The notes: generated from the letters alone by a model not told the origin. 64,000 nt of DNA from Candidatus Bathyarchaeia archaeon (GCA_038883775.1 JAVZLM010000006.1:95544-159543), one strand, 5' to 3'. Counted from the stretch's first letter, positions 17,137-26,581 are shown. Program-made: numbers and translations.

Positions 17137-17847
17137 TTATTGGGCTTCTGTTTCCTTCTTTTTTAGAATGTTTTCCATTTCTTTCTTCACATTATATTTG
17201 AATGGGATTTTGCTTGTATCCCTCTCCAGATAACCTCCTTCGTAAAGTTTCTTCATCAACCGCGCTGTGTGCTCTCGGCTGAGTTTGATTCGCTCTTTTA
17301 TTTCTGGTGCGGTTTTAGGGCCTTCAGAAGCCAACATTTCCAGAACCGCCAATTCTGTTTCTGTGAGGGGGGCTAGGGCTTTTTCTCTTTTTATGGGTAT
17401 TGCCGCCTCAATTTTTGCCTCGGGAACAATAGAAAGCCGCCGACTTTGCTCTTCAACTTCCGAAACCTTTAAATTTAACTTTTCAAATGCCGCAGAAAGA
17501 TCACTTACTTTTTCATCAACTTCAACAAATCTTTTTGAAATTTCCTCTTTGTGCTCCAGAACTTTACTTACCTTTTCCTCTAAAGACTGAACCCTCTTAT
17601 GAGTTTCTTCTGCCTTGTTTAGTGCTCTTTCACTTTTTGTGGAAATGGCTTCAACTTTATAAATCACACGCTCCGTCCTTTCGGCTTCCTGCTTTAACTC
17701 TCTATTAAAACTCACCAAAATGTCGCCGATGATTTCTCTTGCCTTTTCATATTCTCTCCGCACCTTTTGCAACTGCCTGTAATACTCGACAGCAGCCCAG
17801 ACGGTTATGACAAGCAAACTTCCAAAAAGAATCAAGAGCGCATCCAT
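17137..17847 (-). CDS. membrane-anchored coiled-coil protein with C-terminal MarR/TrmB-like winged helix
   Basis: N-terminal TM (LLILFGSLLVITVWAAV), ~110-aa heptad-rich helix, wHTH 'LTETELAVLEML..EGPKTAPEI....KLSREHTARLMKKLYEGGYLER'. Confidence 0.85.
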   Translation of the reverse strand: MDALLILFGSLLVITVWAAVEYYRQLQKVRREYEKAREIIGDILVSFNRELKQEAERTERVIYKVEAISTKSERALNKAEETHKRVQSLEEKVSKVLEHKEEISKRFVEVDEKVSDLSAAFEKLNLKVSEVEEQSRRLSIVPEAKIEAAIPIKREKALAPLTETELAVLEMLASEGPKTAPEIKERIKLSREHTARLMKKLYEGGYLERDTSKIPFKYNVKKEMENILKKKETEAQ

Positions 17848-17862
17848 ATAGAGTACCCCACT

Positions 17863-18136
17863 TGTGATTTATATGTGATTACGCCCAATTCAGACATGTT
17901 ACATCACACATCACAGTTTTAACATAGAAGATTTAAAGATTACGGTAAAAAGGAAGCTGTGAAAGTTTCGATGACATCACACATCACAGCTAATAGAGAC
18001 AAATGCTTGCAATCACAAAAATGCACTAAAAGGTCAGCTTTTTTGGTTTTTTGCTTTTTGCGCCTTAATTTGCACTTCAAATTAGCATAGCTGATTAAAG
18101 GTATTTCTCCTTTCTTGTATGTGACTTGTGATGTCA
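17863..18136. repeat. TGTGA(T) repeat array including two identical 16-mers ACATCACACATCACAG and an inverted variant
   Basis: 16-mers at 17901-17916 and 17974-17989; inverted TGTGACTTGTGATGTCA at 18120-18136; singles at 17863, 17874, 17958, 18012. Confidence 0.85.
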
Positions 18137-18613
18137 CGTAAAGCCCTCGGTGGGATTTGAAAGCTTTTTTAGGCTTGTTTCAAGCTCTTCTCTAACCATT
18201 TTGATGAGTTTTAAATGTTCATCAAGTTCGCTGTCCTTGTTTGGTATATCCTTGTATGCTTCCATGAACTCGTGTAATTTATTTGCTATTTCGAGATAGG
18301 GGTCAAGTGTCGTGTCTTCAAACACTCCCAAGTATCCTAAGAGCAATACTGTGTAAATTGATTTTATGACGTTTTCTTTTGCCTGTTTTAAAGTTCTGTT
18401 GAAGGCTCCGCGGCTTATTTTTGCCTTTGATAGTCTTAATCTGGCTTTTTCGTCGTATTTTAGTTGTTTTTCTGAAAAATTTTCAGCCAATATGTCAATA
18501 AGTAACGTTTCAAGCTGAATTTTTGTTAAATGACTATTTTTAGCGAGCATTTTCACAATAGGGTCGTTTAATGCGTTTGTTAACCAGGCTTGGATGTTTT
18601 CTTTAAGCTTCAC
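18134..18613 (-). CDS. uncharacterised helical protein with HTH-like segment
   Basis: 'SHLTKIQLETL...YDEKARLR....ISRGAFNRTLKQAKENV' HTH-like, followed by 'SIYTVLLLGYLG' and a helical tail. Confidence 0.75.
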   Translation of the reverse strand: MKLKENIQAWLTNALNDPIVKMLAKNSHLTKIQLETLLIDILAENFSEKQLKYDEKARLRLSKAKISRGAFNRTLKQAKENVIKSIYTVLLLGYLGVFEDTTLDPYLEIANKLHEFMEAYKDIPNKDSELDEHLKLIKMVREELETSLKKLSNPTEGFT

Positions 18614-18742
18614 ACTTTTCTCTCCACAAACTTGCTGGATGGATACACTTTTGTATACAGGACTATTTTAAATTATTGAGTGCTATGATGAAAAGCATGC
18701 TTTGCTAACACAAACATTTTATGTTAAAGAAAACAGTGTAAG

Positions 18743-19927
18743 ATGAGGGTCCCTTTGGATTCGGACTTTAAGCCCGCAGATCGCCTAAAAGGCATAAAAT
18801 ATTCTGGAATACGCCGCTTTTTCGATATAGCTCAAAAAACGCCGAATGTTATCAATTTAAGCGTCGGAGAACCCGATTTTGTGCCGCCGAAACATGCTTT
18901 GGAGGCTGGATGGCAAGCCATGAAAGAAGGTAAAACCCATTATACACCAACTAATGGCATTCCTGAACTTAGAGAGGCTTTAGCACAGAAAGCCTACCAA
19001 GACTATGGCCTCCACTACGATCCAAACGCTGAAATCCTTGTTACCGCCGGCGGGACTGAAGCTATTTTCTTAGCCATTGCTGGATTAGTGAATCCCGGCG
19101 ATGAAGTGCTTATTCCAAATCCTGGATTTGTTTGTTATGAACCAAGTGTTCTTTTGGCAGGCGGTGTTCCTGTTTCTGTTCCTTTGCGGGAGGAAAATTC
19201 ATTCAAACCTTCTGTTGAGGATGTGATATCGCGTATCACGAAAAAGTCACGTGTGATGATACTTAACTATCCTAACAATCCCACAGGTGCCGTTCTTTCC
19301 CATGATGAGGCAGCTTCTTTAGCAAAAGTTGCTGTAGAACATGATGTGATTGTGATTTCAGATGAGGTTTATGAAAAAATAGTTTACGATGACGCTAAAC
19401 ACTGTTGTTTTGCGGCTTTCCCAGGAATGTGGGAGCGCACCCTAGTGATTAATTCTTTCTCTAAAACTTATGCCATGACTGGTTTGCGTGTTGGATGCAT
19501 TTATGGACCCAAAGAGCTTATGTCTTTTCTTTGGCTTGTCCACCAGTATACGGTTGCCTGCGTAGATAGTCTTGCACAGCATATTGCCTTAGCAGCATTG
19601 AAAGGGCCACAAGATTTTGTTAAGAATATGGTGTGCGAGTTTGACAGGCGAAGGCACTTGGTTCATAAAAGGCTTATGGAAATTGAGGGTTTTAATTGTA
19701 GCCTCCCAAAAGGCGCTTTCTATATGTTCCCAGACATAAAAGCTTTTGGCATGCGTTCAGAGGAGTTTGCTGAGTTCCTTGTGAGAGAGGCGGGAGTTGT
19801 GACCGTTCCAGGGTCTGCTTTCGGCGTTCAGGGTGAAGGTCACATAAGAATGTCTTATGCTGCGACTTACGAAAAATTGGAAGAGGCATTAAACCGCATA
19901 GAAAGGGCTGTTAAAAAGATTAGGTAA
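18743..19927 (+). CDS. class I/II PLP-dependent (aspartate-type) aminotransferase
   Basis: 'GEPDF', 'NYPNNPTG', 'SDEVY', 'SFSKTYAMTGLRVG'. Confidence 0.93.
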   Translation: MRVPLDSDFKPADRLKGIKYSGIRRFFDIAQKTPNVINLSVGEPDFVPPKHALEAGWQAMKEGKTHYTPTNGIPELREALAQKAYQDYGLHYDPNAEILVTAGGTEAIFLAIAGLVNPGDEVLIPNPGFVCYEPSVLLAGGVPVSVPLREENSFKPSVEDVISRITKKSRVMILNYPNNPTGAVLSHDEAASLAKVAVEHDVIVISDEVYEKIVYDDAKHCCFAAFPGMWERTLVINSFSKTYAMTGLRVGCIYGPKELMSFLWLVHQYTVACVDSLAQHIALAALKGPQDFVKNMVCEFDRRRHLVHKRLMEIEGFNCSLPKGAFYMFPDIKAFGMRSEEFAEFLVREAGVVTVPGSAFGVQGEGHIRMSYAATYEKLEEALNRIERAVKKIR

Positions 19928-19933
19928 GTTATT

Positions 19934-20767
19934 TTATAACTCCTCTGCACGCCTTTTAAGTTCGTCGAAGAGTTCTGGGCGCAAATCCCTTAATGTAGGA
20001 ACGAAAGTTTCCACAGGCTTTATGTCCGCATAATCCACATCACACATCACAAGGTCCTCTTCGTCATATTTTGCTTGAGCTAAAACTTTTCCATTAGGCC
20101 CCACAAGTCGACTTCCTCCCCAAAACTGTAAACCGTCTTCTATGCCTACAAGGTTAACATAAGCCAAAAAAGCCGTGTTTTCTATAGCCCTTGCTATGGT
20201 TAATGTCTCAAAAAATTTTTTTCTAATTGCTGGGGATGCAGAAATGCAAACTATTAATTGTGCCCCTTTAAGCCGTGTTAGGCGGCTTACTTCTGGGAAA
20301 AATATGTCATAACATATGATTAAGCCTATTTTTCCAATTTTTGTTTCAAAAACTGCTGTGCTATATCCTGCGCGGAAATATCTTTTTTCTTCAAAAACGC
20401 TGTGAGTTGGGAGATATATTTTTCGGTATTTTCCTATGAAGCCTTCTGGGCCTATGAGAACTGCTGTGTTATAAAGGGTTGCTTTAGTTTTTTCGCTTAA
20501 TTCTGGCATGCCAAAAATAATATGAGCATTTGTTTTTCTGGCTATGTTCTCTAAAGCTTTGACTGAAGGGCCTGGTATTGTTTCTGCTAACTCATATAGT
20601 TCGTCTCTGACCGTATAGCCTGTCAGTGAAAGTTCTGGAAAAATTACGAGATTTGCGTCTTGTTTCTTGGCTTTATTTACAAATTTTTCCATTTTCTTTA
20701 TGTTTGCCTTTTTGTCTCCACGTTTGCAACTGATTTGCGCCAATGCTATCTTAATTTTATTTTCCAT
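19934..20767 (-). CDS. carbon-nitrogen hydrolase (nitrilase family), likely glutaminase partner of NadE
   Basis: Triad motifs 'FPELSLTGY', 'YRKIYLP', 'ICYD'; immediately downstream of nadE. Confidence 0.88.
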   Translation of the reverse strand: MENKIKIALAQISCKRGDKKANIKKMEKFVNKAKKQDANLVIFPELSLTGYTVRDELYELAETIPGPSVKALENIARKTNAHIIFGMPELSEKTKATLYNTAVLIGPEGFIGKYRKIYLPTHSVFEEKRYFRAGYSTAVFETKIGKIGLIICYDIFFPEVSRLTRLKGAQLIVCISASPAIRKKFFETLTIARAIENTAFLAYVNLVGIEDGLQFWGGSRLVGPNGKVLAQAKYDEEDLVMCDVDYADIKPVETFVPTLRDLRPELFDELKRRAEEL

Positions 20768-20785
20768 TTTTATTACGCCCCATTA

Positions 20786-21625
20786 TCAGTAACTTCGGGG
20801 AAGTCTGAAATCCGCTCCCACAGTGCGATACTCAAGCTTAGTTGTTAATAACATTCTCCTTTTATGTTCCGTGGAAAGCCACCGATTTTTTATTCTATCC
20901 ACAAGATTCTTTTCTACACCCAATTGTTGGGCTATGTCTTTTGTTTCCATAAAATGTTCAAGTCCGTAAAGGATAAGGTCTAAAAGGTCATATTTTATGC
21001 CAAGTTCCGTTTCTGCCAGCTGTCCAGGCCATAGGGCGGGGGATGGTGGTTTTGTCAAGATTTCTTTTGGAATCCCTATGTGTTGTGCGAGTTTTCGAAC
21101 TTGTGTTTTGTATAAGTCCATTATTGGCGATATGTCGGCGGCCACGTCGCCCCATTTTGTGAAGTAACCCATCATGGTTTCTGATTTGTCTGAGCTTCCG
21201 CAAACGAGCATATTGTGCCTATTGGCGAAGTAATAAAGGTAAATCATTCGGGTTCTCGCCTTTATATTGCCCTTACACACTTTATCGTTTGGGTCAAAAT
21301 TTGGTATTGACTTATATAGTGTTTCCAAAGTGGGGGTAATATCTATCATTTTTGTTTTGAACCCAAACTTTTCAGCCACAAGTTTCGCGTGTTCAACATC
21401 CTTTTTGCTGTAGGTTTCCTTTTCTGGTAATATGAGCCCTAAAACTTTTTCGCCGCCAATGGCTAGAGTAGAAAGAGCAGCTACTGTGGAGCTGTCTAGA
21501 CCTCCAGATAATCCTAAAACTACGCCCTTCACTTTGGATTTTTCCACATAATCTCTTATGAAACGCCTTATTTTCATCTCTACTTCTTGAAAGTCCAAAT
21601 CTAGAACTGAAGGTTTTAATTCCAA
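20786..21625 (-). CDS. nadE: NAD+ synthetase
   Basis: 'GLSGGLDS', 'NIKARTRM', 'GYFTKWGD', 'KPPSPAL', 'HKR'. Confidence 0.95.
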   Translation of the reverse strand: MELKPSVLDLDFQEVEMKIRRFIRDYVEKSKVKGVVLGLSGGLDSSTVAALSTLAIGGEKVLGLILPEKETYSKKDVEHAKLVAEKFGFKTKMIDITPTLETLYKSIPNFDPNDKVCKGNIKARTRMIYLYYFANRHNMLVCGSSDKSETMMGYFTKWGDVAADISPIMDLYKTQVRKLAQHIGIPKEILTKPPSPALWPGQLAETELGIKYDLLDLILYGLEHFMETKDIAQQLGVEKNLVDRIKNRWLSTEHKRRMLLTTKLEYRTVGADFRLPRSY

Positions 21626-21724
21626 ATAGGTGCATCCTCATTATTTTTGTGGTTATAAGCGTATTTAAGGACAAAAATAAAATAGTGGAGTGATGTAAGC
21701 TTTACGGTATAGAAGGATTGGAGT

Positions 21725-21991
21725 ATGGGGCGAAGAAGGAGGAAAGTTGTTCGTATTCCTAAGAAACGTTTGCCTAAATTCTTCTCTTGCCCAAGATGTG
21801 GAAAGGAAGCGGTAAGGGTTGAAATTCTTCGTGAGGAAGGGCGTGCAATTGTTGGTTGTGGAAGTTGTGGTTTAAAGGAAGAGTTTAATGTTAAACCAGC
21901 GCAAAGTGAGGTTGATGTTTACTGCCTGTTTACAGACAAACTTTATGGAGGTTCTAAGAAAGGCGTAACCCCTCAAGTTCAAGGATTTTAA
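21725..21991 (+). CDS. elf1: transcription elongation factor Elf1 (Zn ribbon)
   Basis: 'MGRRRRK...LPK.F.CPRC...CGSC...VDVY..F.D'. Confidence 0.9.
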   Translation: MGRRRRKVVRIPKKRLPKFFSCPRCGKEAVRVEILREEGRAIVGCGSCGLKEEFNVKPAQSEVDVYCLFTDKLYGGSKKGVTPQVQGF

Positions 21992-21997
21992 GGATGA

Positions 21998-22759
21998 GTG
22001 GTCTCAATGGTAGGACGTGTTGAGAAATATCTTCTTGAAAAAATCGAGGCGGAAGGTGCAATTCACATAACCCTTATAGACCCTGAAAAGGTCACCCCGC
22101 CTCAAGCTTCTAGAATTGTTACTAAGGCAACTTTAAGTGGGACATCAGCTATAATGGTTGGTGGCTCCACGTTCGTTTCTACAACCCATCTGGACAGTAT
22201 TGTTAAGGCGGTTAAACGCACCGTAAAGATTCCAGTAATCCTTTTCCCTAACAATATCACTGGAATAAGCCGCCATGCAGACGCCATATGGTTCATGTCA
22301 CTATTAAATTCTGTTGACCCCTACTTCTTGATAGGCGCCCAAGTTTTAGGTGCCCCCCTCGTTAAGAAATACCATTTAGAACCTATCCCAATGGGCTACA
22401 TCATTATTGGCGATGGCGGAACCGCTGGCATTGTTGGAAAAGCCGTTCCAGTTCCATACAACAAATACGAGCTTGCTGCAGCGCATGCCTTAGCAGGGCA
22501 ATATTTAGGCATGCGCTTCATATATTTAGAGGCGGGGTCTGGCGCTAAAAAGCCTGTTCCCCCAGAAATGATTCGAGTTGTTAAAAGTTACGTTGATGTT
22601 CCCTTGATTGTTGGAGGAGGCATAAAAACAAGAGAACAAGCTTTGGCAGCTGCATCTGCAGGGGCAAACATTATAGTGACTGGTAATATTGTTGAGAATA
22701 CCGAGGTTAAAGAGAAAGTGTCTGAAATTATTGAAGGTATAAAAGGACATAGGTCGTAA
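21998..22759 (+). CDS. geranylgeranylglyceryl phosphate synthase (group II)
   Basis: 'TLIDPEK', 'MVGGS', 'ILFP', 'YLEAGSGA', 'VGGGI'. Confidence 0.93.
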   Translation: MVSMVGRVEKYLLEKIEAEGAIHITLIDPEKVTPPQASRIVTKATLSGTSAIMVGGSTFVSTTHLDSIVKAVKRTVKIPVILFPNNITGISRHADAIWFMSLLNSVDPYFLIGAQVLGAPLVKKYHLEPIPMGYIIIGDGGTAGIVGKAVPVPYNKYELAAAHALAGQYLGMRFIYLEAGSGAKKPVPPEMIRVVKSYVDVPLIVGGGIKTREQALAAASAGANIIVTGNIVENTEVKEKVSEIIEGIKGHRS

Positions 22760-22765
22760 AAGCCT

Positions 22766-23077
22766 TTGACATCCTTTGAAAACTATTTTAACGCTTTAAA
22801 GAAGATTTTAGGAAATGAGAATGCTTATGAAATTTGGCCGAATTTTGAGCCCCAGTACGATGAGCATGAATATGCGTGGACCGCGCTGAGAGGTTTAGGC
22901 GAAGTATTGCTACTGAATTGTGGAGTTTGTGATGGCCCATCTGATTTGCGTCACATGAACTGTAAAGAATGCGTTGAAAAACGAAGCAAAATTGCAAAGA
23001 ATGCTTATGAAAAAGCCACTGGACGTTCTAAAGAAAAGTGGGCTACTATATTTTTGTGTAGAATTCACACGGAATAA
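22766..23077 (+). CDS. hypothetical Cys-motif (putative Zn-binding) protein
   Basis: 'LNCGVCDGPSDLRHMNCKEC' CxxC...CxxC. Confidence 0.7.
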   Translation: MTSFENYFNALKKILGNENAYEIWPNFEPQYDEHEYAWTALRGLGEVLLLNCGVCDGPSDLRHMNCKECVEKRSKIAKNAYEKATGRSKEKWATIFLCRIHTE

Positions 23078-23164
23078 AAGCGCCTCGCAGCCTTTATTTT
23101 TGATTTTTCTGTGTCACAAAACCAAAATAAACTGTTGACAACACAAGAAAGTGCGTGTTGCGGT

Positions 23165-26100
23165 ATGAACGGTCCCATGAGCGAATCCTATAAGCAATAT
23201 GTGGAAGCTTTAGAAGACCACCTTCAGCAATTATACATTTTAAGCCAGAAGGCAAGAGAAGAAGGCTTTGACCCAGCACTAAAACCTGAATGCAAAATTG
23301 CCAAGGATTTAGCCGACTTGGTAGAAGGGCTCGTGGGGCCAAAGGGCGTTGCTGAAAGCATAAGAGAATTAAGCAAGAAACTTTCAAGGGAAGAGTTAGC
23401 CTTTAAAATTGCTGAAGAAATTGTCTATGGCAAATTTGGGCACATGGAAGCTGAAGCAGCAGCCGAACAAGCAGTGCGCACTGCCCTCGCAATTTTAACA
23501 GAAGGGCTTACAGCAGCACCTTTACAAGGCGTGGCAAAAGTGAAAATCAAAACAAATCATGATAGGACACGTTATCTCGCCGTCTATTTTGCTGGTCCAA
23601 TACGCTCCGCTGGCGGAACAGATCAAGCCTTAACATTAGTTGTGGCTGATTTTGTGCGCCGTTTGCTTGGGCTTGATCGTTACAAACCTACGGAAGATGA
23701 AATTTCGCGATTTGTTGAGGAGATGAGGCTTTATGAACGTTCTGTGGGTCGTTTTCAATATCATGTTTCAGATGATGAGCTTAGGAAGGCGCTCCATTGG
23801 CTTCCAGTGGAAGTGACTGGTACAGAATCTAACCCTATTGAAGTTTCTTCTTTCCGTAATCTTCCACGTATTGAAACTAATCGTGTGCGGGGTGGAGCAC
23901 TTAGGGTTGTGAATGATGGTGTTGTGGGGAGGGCGTCTAAAGTTTTGGCTATTGTTGAGAAGCTTGGCATTGGTGGGTGGGATTGGCTAAAGGATTTTCG
24001 TAAAAAGTCGGAGAAAAAATCTGCAGGGTTTATGGATGAAGTAATTGCTGGACGCCCAATCTTCTCGTTTCCATCCACCCGCGGCGGCTTTCGTCTCAGG
24101 TATGGAAGAGCACGCAATACTGGTTTGGCTGCTGTTGGAGTACATCCGGCGACTATGCTTGTGCTTCAAGGATTTCTGGCTGCTGGCACACAACTCCGTT
24201 TGGAGCTTCCTGGAAAAGGGGGCATTGCTGTTCCGGTTGACGGCATAGAACCACCCATTGTTTTGTTAAAAGATGGGTCAGTTGTTCGTGTGTCTATAGA
24301 AAATTTTAATCGTGTGAAAGATGAAATTTCCAAGATTCTTTTTTTGGGCGACCTTCTGATTAGCTTTGGAGATTTCTTGTATAATAGTAAGTCTCTTGCA
24401 CCTTCTGGTTATGTGGAGGAGTGGTGGGCTAAAGATTTACAAAAGGCTATTATAGAAAAGTTTAATGGGAACGTTCAAAGCTTAGCGGAAGCCACTAAAA
24501 TTCCCTTTGAAAGGCTTAAGGATTTTTTAGAAAATCCCTTCGCCAATAAACCAACAATCCAAGAAGCAATCACTCTATCACTAGTGCTAAATGTGCCCCT
24601 CCATCCATCTTTCACATTCTTCTGGTCAAATCTTCGCTCGATTGAGGCGCTTGAACAACTGCGAAGTTGGCTTCTTAACTCCAAAGTACAGAAAGACGGC
24701 GGTCTAGTTTGTGAAATTGTTGGAGATAAGCACGCAAACGTTAAACAAGCTTTGGAGACGATATGCTTACCTCACAAAGTTTTGGAAGGCAAAATCGTTA
24801 TCGAAGGGGTAGATGCACATGTCTTTGCCTTCTCCCTTGGTTACGAATCTACAAATGCCATAGACTTTTCTTCTGCCAAAACCATTAAGGAGGCGGTCAG
24901 CCAACTTGCTGGCGTAGAAATTCGAGAAAAGGCTGCGACGTTTGTTGGAGCCCGTATGGGAAGACCCGAAAAGGCAAAAAGGCGTGAGATGAAACCGCTT
25001 GTGCATTTTCTTTTTCCAGTAGGTTTAGCTGGCGGAGCTCAGCGGGATATTGTGGAAGCGGCTGAAAAAGAGCGGGTTTTTGTGGATATTGTTAAGCGTA
25101 AATGTCGGGTTTGCGGTACTTCTACTTTTAGGGTTAAATGTCCAAATTGTGGCTCTGAAACAGTGATTGAAAAAAGCTGTCCTCGATGTGGTAAAGTTTT
25201 GAATGGGAACGAGTGTCCCGTCTGTAAGGTGCGCACTAATCCCTATCAAAAACAGCGCATCAATTTTAGGGAGTTGCTTGAAACTGCTTGTGAGCGTTTA
25301 GGTGTGTCTATTCCAAAAATTTTGAAAGGCGTTAAAGGCTTATCTAATGAGAGTAAAACTCCTGAAATTATTGAGAAAGGGATTTTGCGGGCTAAGTATG
25401 ATTTATCAGTTTATAAAGATGGAACGGTGCGCTTTGATGCCACAAATGCTCCTTTAACCCACTTTAAACCCTCAGAGATAGGGGGTTCCGTGGAAAGGCT
25501 CAAACAGCTCGGTTATAGCCATGATATTTATGGTGCACTGTTAACAGATGCAAACCAAATATGCGAACTAAAAATTCAAGACGTCATCATCCCCACAAAA
25601 TGCGCAGAATATTTCGTACGAGTTGCAAACTTTTTGGATGAACTTTTAACGAAAGTCTACAAGCTTTCACCCTATTATAATGTTAAGCGAATAGAAGACT
25701 TGGTTGGGCACCTTGTTGTGGGTTTGGCTCCCCACACTTCTGTAGGCATTCTTGGACGTATAATTGGCTTTACAAATCTAAACGTCTGTTATGCTCATCC
25801 AATTTGGCATTCAGCCAAACGTAGAGATTGTGACGGTGACGAAGATGCGTTAATGCTTGCTTTGGACACTTTGCTTAACTTTTCTCGTGAATATTTGCCA
25901 GCCCAAATTGGTGGAATAATGGATGCCCCCTTGCTTCTGATTCCAATTGTTAACACTCAAGAGGTGCAGAGGCAAGCATACGATTTCGACGTTGCTACCG
26001 CATATCCTCTAGAATTTTATGAGAGAACACTGGAAAACGTAGACGCCAAGAACGTGAGCCGCATCATAGACCTCGTTGGTCATCGATTGGGCACTGAAGC

Positions 26101-26581
26101 ACAGTTTGAAGGCTTCCGGTTTACAACTCCAGTTTCCAACATTAATATGGGGAATGCTGAAAGCGCATATAAACGGTTCAAAACAATGATTGAGAAGTTA
26201 ACATGCCAACTTGATCTGGCTGAAAAAATAGAAGCAGTAAATGCAAGAAAAGTGGCTTTTAAAGTTTTGACAAAACATTTTATGCGTGACATTGCTGGAA
26301 ACCTACGAGCATTTTCCATGCAAAGATTCAGGTGTAAATCATGTAGCAAACGTTTCAGACGTTTGCCTTTACGCGGCAAATGCCCCATATGTGGCGGAGA
26401 ATTAACCTTAACCGTTTACCGTGGTGGAATTGAAAAGTACTTGGAGGCTGCGCAGCATTTAGTTAAAAAGTATGGTTTGCCCCAGTATTATTCCCAGAGA
26501 ATTTTGCTTATGAAAGAGGAAATTGACTCCCTGTTTGTGGGGAAAAAGCCCAAACAAATTAGCCTAACGGATTTTGCTTGA
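23165..26581 (+). CDS. polC: DNA polymerase D large catalytic subunit DP2
   Basis: 'AGPIRSAGGT', 'RMGRPEK', Zn fingers, catalytic 'KRRDCDGDED', C-terminal PIP-like 'QISLTDF'; no intein. Confidence 0.97.
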   Translation: MNGPMSESYKQYVEALEDHLQQLYILSQKAREEGFDPALKPECKIAKDLADLVEGLVGPKGVAESIRELSKKLSREELAFKIAEEIVYGKFGHMEAEAAAEQAVRTALAILTEGLTAAPLQGVAKVKIKTNHDRTRYLAVYFAGPIRSAGGTDQALTLVVADFVRRLLGLDRYKPTEDEISRFVEEMRLYERSVGRFQYHVSDDELRKALHWLPVEVTGTESNPIEVSSFRNLPRIETNRVRGGALRVVNDGVVGRASKVLAIVEKLGIGGWDWLKDFRKKSEKKSAGFMDEVIAGRPIFSFPSTRGGFRLRYGRARNTGLAAVGVHPATMLVLQGFLAAGTQLRLELPGKGGIAVPVDGIEPPIVLLKDGSVVRVSIENFNRVKDEISKILFLGDLLISFGDFLYNSKSLAPSGYVEEWWAKDLQKAIIEKFNGNVQSLAEATKIPFERLKDFLENPFANKPTIQEAITLSLVLNVPLHPSFTFFWSNLRSIEALEQLRSWLLNSKVQKDGGLVCEIVGDKHANVKQALETICLPHKVLEGKIVIEGVDAHVFAFSLGYESTNAIDFSSAKTIKEAVSQLAGVEIREKAATFVGARMGRPEKAKRREMKPLVHFLFPVGLAGGAQRDIVEAAEKERVFVDIVKRKCRVCGTSTFRVKCPNCGSETVIEKSCPRCGKVLNGNECPVCKVRTNPYQKQRINFRELLETACERLGVSIPKILKGVKGLSNESKTPEIIEKGILRAKYDLSVYKDGTVRFDATNAPLTHFKPSEIGGSVERLKQLGYSHDIYGALLTDANQICELKIQDVIIPTKCAEYFVRVANFLDELLTKVYKLSPYYNVKRIEDLVGHLVVGLAPHTSVGILGRIIGFTNLNVCYAHPIWHSAKRRDCDGDEDALMLALDTLLNFSREYLPAQIGGIMDAPLLLIPIVNTQEVQRQAYDFDVATAYPLEFYERTLENVDAKNVSRIIDLVGHRLGTEAQFEGFRFTTPVSNINMGNAESAYKRFKTMIEKLTCQLDLAEKIEAVNARKVAFKVLTKHFMRDIAGNLRAFSMQRFRCKSCSKRFRRLPLRGKCPICGGELTLTVYRGGIEKYLEAAQHLVKKYGLPQYYSQRILLMKEEIDSLFVGKKPKQISLTDFA

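Noticed and set aside
17863-18136. Repeat array as CRISPR
   Set aside because: Repeats are 7-16 bp, irregularly spaced and in both orientations; no cas genes in the window.
17940-18137. 65-aa ORF across the repeat array
   Set aside because: No recognisable motif or SD; region is better explained as regulatory DNA.
18692-18703. Palindrome AAAGCATGCTTT in a divergent promoter region
   Set aside because: Single 12-bp palindrome with no second copy noticed; insufficient support.
23165-26581. Possible intein in DP2 (also checked Cdc6)
   Set aside because: Lengths are normal, conserved motifs are contiguous, and no intein or LAGLIDADG motifs were seen.
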